DNA of 64,000 nucleotides from Candidatus Latescibacterota bacterium (GTDB lineage Bacteria; Latescibacterota; UBA2968; GCA-2709665): NCBI GenBank assembly GCA_965116875.1, contig OZ220733.1, positions 3,296,001 to 3,360,000 of the forward strand, read 5' to 3'. Shown piece by piece: positions 18,466 to 26,989 of this stretch (position 1 is its first letter; each line of letters starts with the position of its first letter). The notes under the pieces were generated by a model. It saw only the letters and a program-made list of their open reading frames with translations, ran no database searches and was not told where the DNA came from. The position numbers and the translations under genes were made by a program.

Positions 18466-20313
18466 ATGCCTGACTGGGGAGTAGCAGCGGTTGCCGTAGC
18501 GGCCGTCGTGCTGTTCGCGCATCTGTCCAGCCGGAGGCGATCCGGAAACGAACCGGACGATTTCTTCGATCATTCGGAAGGAGAACGGTTTCCCCACAAG
18601 TGGGGATATACGGATACGCGTTTCGAGTTTGTGGATGAACGGACGGTGAAGGTGACCGGGAACCGGTACCCGATATCGGGGTACCGGATGCCGTTTCTGG
18701 TCGCCTTTGTCGAAGACGTGCTGGGGGTGCCAATCCGACGTCAGGACTCGTACGCGGAACGCGGGGACGTCGAGGCGTCCGAGCCGAATCTGGACGGGGA
18801 ATTCGGCAACGCGGTGAAAGAACGGTTCGGCGCGGGGCAGATTTCGTTCGATCCCAAAACGAGGCTGGTACACAGTCATGGACAACTGAGCGTTGAGGAA
18901 GTGTATCGCGTGATGTACGGGGATTCGCTGCCGCGTCTGGTCGATATGGTGTTCTATCCGAAGGAAGCGGCCGACGTCAAGGACATCATCGACCTGGCCA
19001 ATGCGCACGACGTCTGCCTGGTGCCCTATGGCGGAGGGACGAACGTGAGCGGGGCGCTGGCGTGTCCGCCCGACGAGCGGCGCACGATCGTTTCCGTGGA
19101 TATGCGGCGAATGGACCGGGTGCTGTGGATCGACGAGGACAATCTCCAGGCCTGCGTCGAATCCGGCATTTCGGGGAAGGCGATGGAGCAGGCGCTGGGG
19201 GAGCGGGGGTATACGTCCGGGCACGATCCCGACAGCGTGGAACTCTCCACCATGGGCGGGTGGATCTCCACCAACGCGAGCGGGATGAAGAAGAACCGTT
19301 ACGGGAATATCGAAGACATCGTACTCGAGGCGACGCTGGTGACGCCCACCGGGGAGATCGCCACACGAGCTGTGACGCCCAGGAATTCCACGGGCGTTCA
19401 GCCGAGGGGCCTGTTGTTCGGCAGCGAAGGCAATTTCGGAATCATCACCACGGCGGTGATCAAAATCCATCCGATCCCGGAGACTCGCAGGTACGGCGCG
19501 CTTGTGTTTCCGGCTTTCGAGAAGGGCGTCGCGTACCTGAAGGCGCTCCGGCAGACCGGAATGCTGCCCGCCAGTATCCGCCTGGTCAACAACAACGAAT
19601 TCCGGTTCGGCCAGGCCCTGAAACCGGCGCCGACGTTTCTGAAGGGCGTCAAGGACCGGATTCAGAAGTTCGTCCTGCTGAAGCTGATGGGTTTCGATCC
19701 GATGAAGATGGCGGCGTGTACCATCGTGATGGAGGGCACGCACGACGAGGTCGGTCAGCAGGAACGCACGATCTTCAGCCTGGCGAAAAAATACGGCGCA
19801 AAGAGCGCGGGCGCGAGCAACGGCAAGAGAGGATACTCGCTGACGTTCGGCATCGCCTATATCCGGGACTTCCTGAACCAGTACGGAATTCTGGGGGAAA
19901 CCTTCGAGACGTCGGTGCCCTGGGACCGGATCCACCATGTGTGCGATGCGGTATCCGGCGAACTGGTCGCCCAGGCAGACAAGCACGACGTCCCCGGCAA
20001 ACCCTATCTCTCGTACAGGGTAACGCAGACCTACCATACGGGCGTTTGCATCTATTTTACCATGGGTATCTACGGCAAGGGCCTGGAACAGCCCGGCCGG
20101 ACGTTTCACGCGATCGAACACCAGTTGCGCCAGGTCATACTGGATAACGGAGGGTCGTTGTCCCATCACCATGGCGTTGGCAAGGTGCGACGGGACTTCC
20201 TGCCTCAGGTCCAGAGCGAGAACAGCATTCAGGTGATGCGCCAGGCGAAGAACGCGATGGATCCGAAAAATATCTTCGGAATCCGGAATGGGGTGTTTGG
20301 GGAGACGGACTGA
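18466..20313 (+). CDS. agps: Alkyl-dihydroxyacetonephosphate synthase (AGPS-like FAD oxidoreductase)
   Basis: GGAG RBS and ATG 18466; PYGGGTNVS, GHDPDS..STMGGWISTNASGMKKNRYGNIED, ASIRL..FRFGQALKP, GETFETSVPWDR, RVTQTY, GGSLSHHHGVGK, DPKNIFG. Confidence 0.93.
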   Translation: MPDWGVAAVAVAAVVLFAHLSSRRRSGNEPDDFFDHSEGERFPHKWGYTDTRFEFVDERTVKVTGNRYPISGYRMPFLVAFVEDVLGVPIRRQDSYAERGDVEASEPNLDGEFGNAVKERFGAGQISFDPKTRLVHSHGQLSVEEVYRVMYGDSLPRLVDMVFYPKEAADVKDIIDLANAHDVCLVPYGGGTNVSGALACPPDERRTIVSVDMRRMDRVLWIDEDNLQACVESGISGKAMEQALGERGYTSGHDPDSVELSTMGGWISTNASGMKKNRYGNIEDIVLEATLVTPTGEIATRAVTPRNSTGVQPRGLLFGSEGNFGIITTAVIKIHPIPETRRYGALVFPAFEKGVAYLKALRQTGMLPASIRLVNNNEFRFGQALKPAPTFLKGVKDRIQKFVLLKLMGFDPMKMAACTIVMEGTHDEVGQQERTIFSLAKKYGAKSAGASNGKRGYSLTFGIAYIRDFLNQYGILGETFETSVPWDRIHHVCDAVSGELVAQADKHDVPGKPYLSYRVTQTYHTGVCIYFTMGIYGKGLEQPGRTFHAIEHQLRQVILDNGGSLSHHHGVGKVRRDFLPQVQSENSIQVMRQAKNAMDPKNIFGIRNGVFGETD

Positions 20314-20368
20314 CGAGAATATCGAGAAAAACCCCCACGCCACCACCGTGCGCGCCGAGGTCGCAGTG

Positions 20369-20394
20369 GTAGGGGCATCCGTTGTGGGTGCCCT
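20369..20394 (+). repeat. GTAG-type REP-like element
   Basis: gtaggggcatccgttgtgggtgccct; near-identical copy at 63441. Confidence 0.7.
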
Positions 20395-20483
20395 CGTCAT
20401 GGCGCGGACATTGCGATTTGATATCGCCAGGCCATATTTCCAACCGGTTTCATCTGATGGCTGTCTGTAGATCGGGTTTTCCT

Positions 20484-21290
20484 ATGTTCAACGAAAAAGT
20501 CGTTGCGATAACGGGAGCGTCGTCGGGTCTGGGCGCGACGCTGGCGCTGGCGTTCGCCGACGAGGGCGCGGACCTGGCCCTGTTCGCCCTGGACGAGGGT
20601 GTGCAGGACACCGCGGAAGCGTGTCGAGCGCGGGGCAGACGCGCGATTACGGCCACGGGGGACGTGGGAAAACCGGAGGACTGCGAGGCATGGATCAACT
20701 CGGCGGTTGCCGGGTTCGGGGGCGTGGATTATCTGATCGCGTGTGCAGGGATCAGCATGTGGGCGCGGTTTGACGAGGTGGAAGACCTGGCGATTTTTCG
20801 CAAGTTGATGGAAACGAACTACCTGGGCATCGTACATTGCGTCTATTACGCGCTGCCCCATCTGAAGGCGCGCGACGGTATGGTCGTGGCGATCTCTTCC
20901 ATCCAGGGAAAGATCGGCGTTCCCCTGCATACCGGGTACGTAGCGTCCAAGCACGCCGTACAGGGGTTCTTCGAGTCTCTGAGGGCAGAGTTGAGCGACA
21001 CCGGCGTGGACGTGCTGACGGTGCTGCCACACTGGCTGCGGGGCACGAATCTGCGCAAAGCGGCCTTCGGGCGGGATGGCGGTTCTCTTGGCGCGTCCAG
21101 CCGCAAGCACAGCAGGGAGTCCATTTCTCTGGACGACGCCAGCGAAGCCATCATCGAAGCCATGAAGAAGAGGAAGCGGGAACTGATCATTCCGTTCAAG
21201 CTCAGATTTCTGCCCTGGCTGCATCTGATCAACCCGAAGATTGTCGAATACCTGGTAACGCGCGGGGTGTCGAAGCAGGAGAAGGGGTAG
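20484..21290 (+). CDS. Short-chain dehydrogenase/reductase, DHRS7/DHRS7B-like; candidate acyl/alkyl-DHAP reductase
   Basis: ITGASSGLG, METNYLG, AISSIQGK, YVASKHAVQGFFESLRAE. Confidence 0.85.
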   Translation: MFNEKVVAITGASSGLGATLALAFADEGADLALFALDEGVQDTAEACRARGRRAITATGDVGKPEDCEAWINSAVAGFGGVDYLIACAGISMWARFDEVEDLAIFRKLMETNYLGIVHCVYYALPHLKARDGMVVAISSIQGKIGVPLHTGYVASKHAVQGFFESLRAELSDTGVDVLTVLPHWLRGTNLRKAAFGRDGGSLGASSRKHSRESISLDDASEAIIEAMKKRKRELIIPFKLRFLPWLHLINPKIVEYLVTRGVSKQEKG

Positions 21291-21324
21291 ACCGGCGGGC
21301 TGAAGGCGGAAGACAGGGAGGTCC

Positions 21325-22014
21325 TCAGAAAAAGACGCCATCCAGGTCTACGTGCTGCTCGATGAGGTCGGTCAGGCAACCCGGGTTTCCGGCATCCACG
21401 TCCACGCCGGCATCATGCGGGACGATGCCCAGGGAGCGGACGCCGGACAGGCGGTGGATCACGTCCGGGCTTGTGCGTGCGGCGCGCGGGTCGCCTGGAC
21501 TCGTGGTGTTGTAGACGACGCCGATCACCTTCTGATTGCGCCGTTGGGCGGCCTCGAGCGTCAGCAATGTGTGGTTGATCGTACCCAGCGCGGCGCGGGC
21601 GACCACGAGCACGGGCAGGTCCAGACGGCGGGCGAGGTCCGCGACCAGGAAGTCGTCCCGGATGGGAACCAGCAGGCCGCCCACGCCCTCCACCAGGATG
21701 ATATCGTGAAGGCGTGTCAGGCGGCTGTAGGCATCGTCGATGGGTTCCAGCGGGACCTGGCGGCCTTCCAGTTCGGCCGCTACGTTGGGCGACAGCGGCG
21801 CCGCGAGGCGGACGGGATTGACGAGTTCGAGTGCATCGGTAACGCCCGCGGCCGCAGCAAGGAATCGCGCATCGGCCGTTCCGCCCGAAGAGACGGGCTT
21901 GAATACGCCCACGTCGACGCCGCGCCTGCGCAACAACGCCGCGATTCCGGCGGTTACGGCTGTCTTGCCCGCGCCGGTGTCGGTGGCGGTAACGAAGACT
22001 CCCCTGAATTCCAT
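21325..22014 (-). CDS. bioD: Dethiobiotin synthetase
   Basis: VTATDTGAGKT, FKPVSSG, VEGVGGLLVP, LGTINHTLLT. Confidence 0.95.
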   Translation of the reverse strand: MEFRGVFVTATDTGAGKTAVTAGIAALLRRRGVDVGVFKPVSSGGTADARFLAAAAGVTDALELVNPVRLAAPLSPNVAAELEGRQVPLEPIDDAYSRLTRLHDIILVEGVGGLLVPIRDDFLVADLARRLDLPVLVVARAALGTINHTLLTLEAAQRRNQKVIGVVYNTTSPGDPRAARTSPDVIHRLSGVRSLGIVPHDAGVDVDAGNPGCLTDLIEQHVDLDGVFF

Positions 22015-22082
22015 GATCGTGTTTATCCCGCAGATTCGGACGAGCCCGCCCGGGTACGTCGTGAATACGCGTCGGATTGCCG

Positions 22083-23450
22083 TCAGGCCGGGTTCGTCGC
22101 GACCCTGATGGATTCGTAGACGATATCCAGCAGCGTTTCAAGATCGGGGTCGGGAATGGCAAGCGGCGGCATGAGGACGATGGTGTCGCCCAGCGGGCGG
22201 ATGAGAAGACCCCGTTTTCTGGCTTCGCCGCAGACGCGGGCGCCGATCCTCTCCGCGGGGGGATACGGCCGGCCGCCGGATCTGTCGGCAACCAGTTCGA
22301 CGCCTGCGATGAAGCCGCACTGGCGAACGTCCCCCACGTGGGCAAGGGTCCTGAAGCGGCCGAGCCCGCGCGTGAGCAGTTCGATTTTCGGACGCAGCGA
22401 CGCCAGCACGTCGTGGGTTTCAAAGTGTTCGATGGCGGCCAGCGCCGCCGCGCAGCCGAGCGGATTTCCTGTATACGTGTGGCCGTGAAAAAACGTCCGG
22501 CCTTCGCTGTCTTCGCCCAGAAACGCATCGAAGATCTCGCTGGTGGTGAGTGTGGCGGCCACGGGCAGGTATCCGCCCGTGATGCCCTTGCCCAGGCAGA
22601 GAATGTCCGGCGCGACACCTTCTTTCCCGCATGCGAACATCGCGCCGGTGCGGCCGAAGCCGGTGGCGATTTCATCGGCGATCAGCAGGACGTGATGGGC
22701 CCTGCACAGTTCGGCGATGCCCTTCAGGTATCCTTCAGGATGGACCCGCATCCCGCCCGCGCCCTGGACAAGCGGTTCGACAACGAATGCGGCGATGCGG
22801 TGGGCGTCCCGTTCCAGGATTTCCTCGACCGCCCGCAGACAACCCTGGTTGCACCCGCTGTGACCGGCGCAGAACGCGCAGCGGTACGGGTGGGGCGACG
22901 GCGCATTCTGCGTGGCAAAGAGGAGCGGCCCGTACGCCTCGTGGAAGAGGTCGATATTCCCCACGCTCATGGCGCCGATGGTGTCGCCGTGATAGCTCTT
23001 CTCAAGGCTGAGAAAGCCGGTCTTCTCCGGTTTCGGATCCGGTTTCTGCCGCCAATACTGGAAGGCGATTTTGAGCGCGATTTCCACGGCGCACGCGCCG
23101 GTATCCGAGTAGAACACGTGGTTGAGGCCGCCAGGCGTGATTTCCACGAGTTTCTCGGCCAGCCGGATCGCGGGGACGTTGGAAAGACCCAACAGGGTGC
23201 TGTGCGCGACCCGGTCGAGTTGTCCGCGTACGGCATCGTCGATTTCCCTGACGCGGTGACCGTGTACGTTGCACCACATGGAGGAGTAGCCGTCGAGGTA
23301 CCGGTTTCCGTCGATATCCTCCAGGTGGACGCCGTCCGCGCGCGCGATGATGACGGGGTTCTCGCTCGCGTAGGATCGCATCTGGGTGAACGGATGCCAG
23401 ACCAGGCGGCGGTCGAGGTCTTTCAGGCGTGCCTTTTCGTCCGGAGACAT
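22083..23450 (-). CDS. bioA: Adenosylmethionine-8-amino-7-oxononanoate aminotransferase
   Basis: VWHPFTQM, SMWCNVHGH, YHGDTIGAMS, DEIATGFGRTG, LGKGITGGYLP, HGHTYTGNP; adjacent to bioD. Confidence 0.93.
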   Translation of the reverse strand: MSPDEKARLKDLDRRLVWHPFTQMRSYASENPVIIARADGVHLEDIDGNRYLDGYSSMWCNVHGHRVREIDDAVRGQLDRVAHSTLLGLSNVPAIRLAEKLVEITPGGLNHVFYSDTGACAVEIALKIAFQYWRQKPDPKPEKTGFLSLEKSYHGDTIGAMSVGNIDLFHEAYGPLLFATQNAPSPHPYRCAFCAGHSGCNQGCLRAVEEILERDAHRIAAFVVEPLVQGAGGMRVHPEGYLKGIAELCRAHHVLLIADEIATGFGRTGAMFACGKEGVAPDILCLGKGITGGYLPVAATLTTSEIFDAFLGEDSEGRTFFHGHTYTGNPLGCAAALAAIEHFETHDVLASLRPKIELLTRGLGRFRTLAHVGDVRQCGFIAGVELVADRSGGRPYPPAERIGARVCGEARKRGLLIRPLGDTIVLMPPLAIPDPDLETLLDIVYESIRVATNPA

Positions 23451-23643
23451 GATACCTGTTGTGGGGGGTTGGGACGGGAAGCGGCGGGTGAAGGCGGATT
23501 GCCGGAGTTCGTCCATGGCTGCGGACGCCGGACGACCGCCGCACCCGTCTCGATGGCAGCAGGCGCCGGGGGTCTGCAAGGTTGGTACCCGAGGTGCTGC
23601 GCCGGGATCGTCCGCCGGGCGGGATTCCCACGGAGCTTTTCGA

Positions 23644-24579
23644 TCATTGCCTGCTTGCGCCGATGCTCTCCAGGATGTCGACGGGCATCTTGCAGACCAT
23701 CGTGTACGCGGGGTCGTAGACGTTGCCCACGTCGTATTCCACGGCTTGGCCCATCAGGATATGAATCGACCGGGCATCCAGGCCGTAATCTTCCTGGAGG
23801 AACCGGATCAGCTCGGTGGTGGCGTGCTGCGTCGCCTGGTCCAGTGGGCGGGCGTTGCCCACGGCCATCACGTGTGTGTCGCTGATTGCGCGGGGCCACT
23901 GAATGGTCTTGCCCTTGATGAGGCGCAGCGTGAAGGTCACGTCGAAGGAAATCTCGATGCCCGTACCCGCGATCTCGCCGTCGCCCTGCACGGCATGGCC
24001 GTCGCCGATGTGGAACAGGCCGCCGTCGACGAATACGGGGAAGTACACGGTTACGCCCTGGACAAACTCCCTGTAGTCCATATTGCCGCCGTGCGTGTCG
24101 GACGTGGCGGTGGAAATGGCCTGGCCGCGGGGCGGCGCCACCCCGAAGCAGCCAACCATGGGCTTCAGGGGGATCCGGAGCCTGCCGATGGGGAGGTCAT
24201 CGAAGCCGACGGGCGTGGCCGTGTTGTTTTCGAAGTCGATTTCCCAATCCAGGAGCCGGCCGCGGTTATCATCGAATTCCGGCGTGTATCCGAAGTCCAG
24301 GACGTTGGCGGCGACAACGCCCGACGTGTACCCGATCTTTCGGTTGGGCGCCAGTTTGTCGAAGGAAACGGCCAGCGTGTCGCCGGGCTCGGCGCCTTCC
24401 AGGTAGAAGGGACCCGTCTGGGGATTGCCGGCGGGTGTGACCGGATTGCCCGTGGCATCGCTACCGCCCGCGTCAACCGTGGTGGTTGAGATGGTGTCTC
24501 CGCTGGCGACGCTCAGCACGGGGTCGTGCGCGCCGATAGCCGTGTGGTAGGTTTCCGGGACGAATTGATGGTGAGCCAT
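23644..24579 (-). CDS. Acetamidase/formamidase family protein
   Basis: NPQTGPFYLEGAEPGD, HGGNMD, GDGHAVQGDGE. Confidence 0.88.
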   Translation of the reverse strand: MAHHQFVPETYHTAIGAHDPVLSVASGDTISTTTVDAGGSDATGNPVTPAGNPQTGPFYLEGAEPGDTLAVSFDKLAPNRKIGYTSGVVAANVLDFGYTPEFDDNRGRLLDWEIDFENNTATPVGFDDLPIGRLRIPLKPMVGCFGVAPPRGQAISTATSDTHGGNMDYREFVQGVTVYFPVFVDGGLFHIGDGHAVQGDGEIAGTGIEISFDVTFTLRLIKGKTIQWPRAISDTHVMAVGNARPLDQATQHATTELIRFLQEDYGLDARSIHILMGQAVEYDVGNVYDPAYTMVCKMPVDILESIGASRQ

Positions 24580-24669
24580 GGATGCTCCTTCTGGAGAGGG
24601 TGCGGGGGACGGCCGGGCGATCGGCTGAAGAAGTGACCCTCCCGCTGACGCCCGTTTACAGCCGATTCG

Positions 24670-25608
24670 TTACTGTTGCACCGCAATCATGCGGATTTTC
24701 GAGGGCGCCTTCCACGCGGAGACCCACGTTTGGCCCCGGTCCCGGCTGCCGTAGAGGGAGTCGTCTGCGACCGACCAGGCGCGGCCGTCGGGCGTAAAGC
24801 CAATGTGAAAGGTGTCGATGTTGCCTGCCGTGGTGCCGGGGAAACCGTCTGCGACGTGCGACCAGGCCCGGCCGCCGTTTTCGGTCCGGTAGAGCTGTCC
24901 CTGAGCGTCTCCGTGTGGCCCGGTGCTGACCGAGGCGAGCAGGCAGTCCGGTTCTTCCGGATGCACGGCAATGGCCCGGCCGTAATAGTAGGGAAAGCCG
25001 TCTGAGCGGTGATGCCAGGATGCGCCGCGGTCGTGGCTGAGGTAAACGGCGTGTGCCGTGTTCGCGTAGACCCGGTCGTCTTCCCGGGGTGACGTGGCCA
25101 CCTGGTGGACGTCCTGGTGCAGGTCCGGTGTGACGGGCTCCCAGCTTCGGCCCCGGTCGGGCGACCGCATGATGCTGCCCACGTGGATGTCGGCATAAAC
25201 CCAGCCGTCGCCCGTGCGCGCCATGCTCCGGACTGCCGCGGGTCCTCCCCAGGGTGTATACCAGTCCCCGCGGCATTCCAGCGCGTCGAAAGAGTCCAGG
25301 CGATCGGCGCCGCCGTCCGTTACGGCGTAAACGTGCGGGGCTTCCACACCCACGAGGAAATGCAGCGGATCTTCATCCAGGATAAGAAGGCACTCTATGG
25401 GTTCTGCGATGCCGGTGTCGAGCCTCCGCCTACCGTTTTGCGACAGTACGGCGACGTCGCCGCCTTGGAGCGCGGCGAGGCCGATGGACCGGCCTTCCGC
25501 GATCGCCTGGACTTCACCGTCTGCGAGGACGTTTCGCGGTGCGGTCGGGTCGCCATTCAGGGCGTATACCGTGTCTCGGGTGGCAATCAGCATAATGACT
25601 CCTCTCAT
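24670..25608 (-). CDS. BNR/Asp-box beta-propeller protein
   Basis: Repeated S-x-D-x-G-x-(S/T)-W boxes (SPDRGRSW, SHDRGASW, TENGGRAW, SRDRGQTW). Confidence 0.8.
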   Translation of the reverse strand: MRGVIMLIATRDTVYALNGDPTAPRNVLADGEVQAIAEGRSIGLAALQGGDVAVLSQNGRRRLDTGIAEPIECLLILDEDPLHFLVGVEAPHVYAVTDGGADRLDSFDALECRGDWYTPWGGPAAVRSMARTGDGWVYADIHVGSIMRSPDRGRSWEPVTPDLHQDVHQVATSPREDDRVYANTAHAVYLSHDRGASWHHRSDGFPYYYGRAIAVHPEEPDCLLASVSTGPHGDAQGQLYRTENGGRAWSHVADGFPGTTAGNIDTFHIGFTPDGRAWSVADDSLYGSRDRGQTWVSAWKAPSKIRMIAVQQ

Positions 25609-25673
25609 GGAACGGGTCGCAGGGCCGGATGCGGACCGCGGCGAAACCCGAAGATCGGCGACGAGTCAGGGCC

Positions 25674-26738
25674 TCAAAAATAGCGAACATTCAGTCCGCC
25701 GTCCGGCAATGGGAGATCGACAGCGCGGTGTTCGTCCGCGGCGCGGTTCCAGGCCAGGCAGAGCTCCAGCACGTTTCGCGCGTGCTCCGGCGTGACGTCG
25801 AGCGGATGGCCGTCCCGGACGCTGCGGACAAAACGTCCCACCGCGGCGTCGATCGTATCGTTCTGCGCCCGGTAGAAAACGCGGGGTGCGCCCTCGTCGT
25901 CCTTGCGCCACACGATGCCTTCCATGACGTCCAGGTGCGCCCGGGCAATACCTTCGGTGCCCACGACTTCCATCTCCCAGGCCGGGGCGCCGCAACTGAC
26001 GTTGAAGATGATGTCCATGGACCCCATGCGGCCGTCTTCGAACCGGACGGTGCCCTTGCCGGAATCCATCCAGATGCTGTGTGGCGTGGCCAGGTTGTCG
26101 TATTCGGCAAATGCGCGGACCGCGGGTGAATCGATGAGCCAGAGAAGTAAATCTGCTGCGTAGACGCCCAGCGAGAGTCCGATGCCGCCCTGCCCCGGGC
26201 CGAATTCACCGCTGCCGTCGAAGACGGTTCCAGGGCCGAAACAGCCGTGTTGAATCCACGCCCGTGACGTGATGACGCGCCCCACCGCCCCGTTCTGCAC
26301 CCGTGTTCCCATCGCGCGGATGGCGCCGTCTTCCCGTCCGGGCAGCAGGGCGGACAGCAGTACGTGATTGCGACGGGACGCGTCGATCATTTCATCCGCG
26401 CCCGCCAGGGTCATACACATGGGTTTGCTGATATAGGCGTGAGCGCCCGCGTCCATCGCGCAGGCGGCCTGCCGCGGTTTCAGGTCGTCCGCACAGGTGA
26501 CGAAAACAACGTCGAGGGACTCGGCGCGGACCATCTCCGGCACCGCGGCATACGCACGGATTCCGTATTGGGCGCCGAACGCCTCCCGGGACGTCATGCC
26601 GAGTCTGCCCAGCGTTTCGTCGCTCTGATCCAGATGCGCGTACGCGGTCAGTTCGACGTCCGGATTACGAATTGCGGATCGGGCAAACGCATTGGAATAG
26701 TACGATCCGATGCCGCAAACGCCCGCTCTCAGCGCCAT
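25674..26738 (-). CDS. Gfo/Idh/MocA family oxidoreductase
   Basis: N-terminal GVCGIG Rossmann start, YISKPM motif. Confidence 0.75.
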   Translation of the reverse strand: MALRAGVCGIGSYYSNAFARSAIRNPDVELTAYAHLDQSDETLGRLGMTSREAFGAQYGIRAYAAVPEMVRAESLDVVFVTCADDLKPRQAACAMDAGAHAYISKPMCMTLAGADEMIDASRRNHVLLSALLPGREDGAIRAMGTRVQNGAVGRVITSRAWIQHGCFGPGTVFDGSGEFGPGQGGIGLSLGVYAADLLLWLIDSPAVRAFAEYDNLATPHSIWMDSGKGTVRFEDGRMGSMDIIFNVSCGAPAWEMEVVGTEGIARAHLDVMEGIVWRKDDEGAPRVFYRAQNDTIDAAVGRFVRSVRDGHPLDVTPEHARNVLELCLAWNRAADEHRAVDLPLPDGGLNVRYF

Positions 26739-26989
26739 GGCTTCAGTTCCTTATTGACTGGCAACGAACGAAATCGGTCCTCGGGATCGTCGCGCCGCAT
26801 ATCCAGTTTGCGGCCCACACCCCGCACGGTGTCTGCGAGTGGGTATTTATGGCAATATCGGTGGCATTGTCAAGCGCAATCGTTCGCGAAGGCGGTTTGG
26901 CAGGGGCGCCTTCCGGGCTTGCCTCGCAGGGTACGGTCACCTGCAAATCGAAGGAAATTCGTTCGAATCGATCGTGATCGGGAGGCTGA

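Noticed and set aside
16169-20400. Long minus-strand ORFs (722 aa and 779 aa), and similar ones opposite glcB, the xdh genes and bioA
   Set aside because: Antisense shadows of well-supported genes in high-GC DNA, with no recognisable motifs
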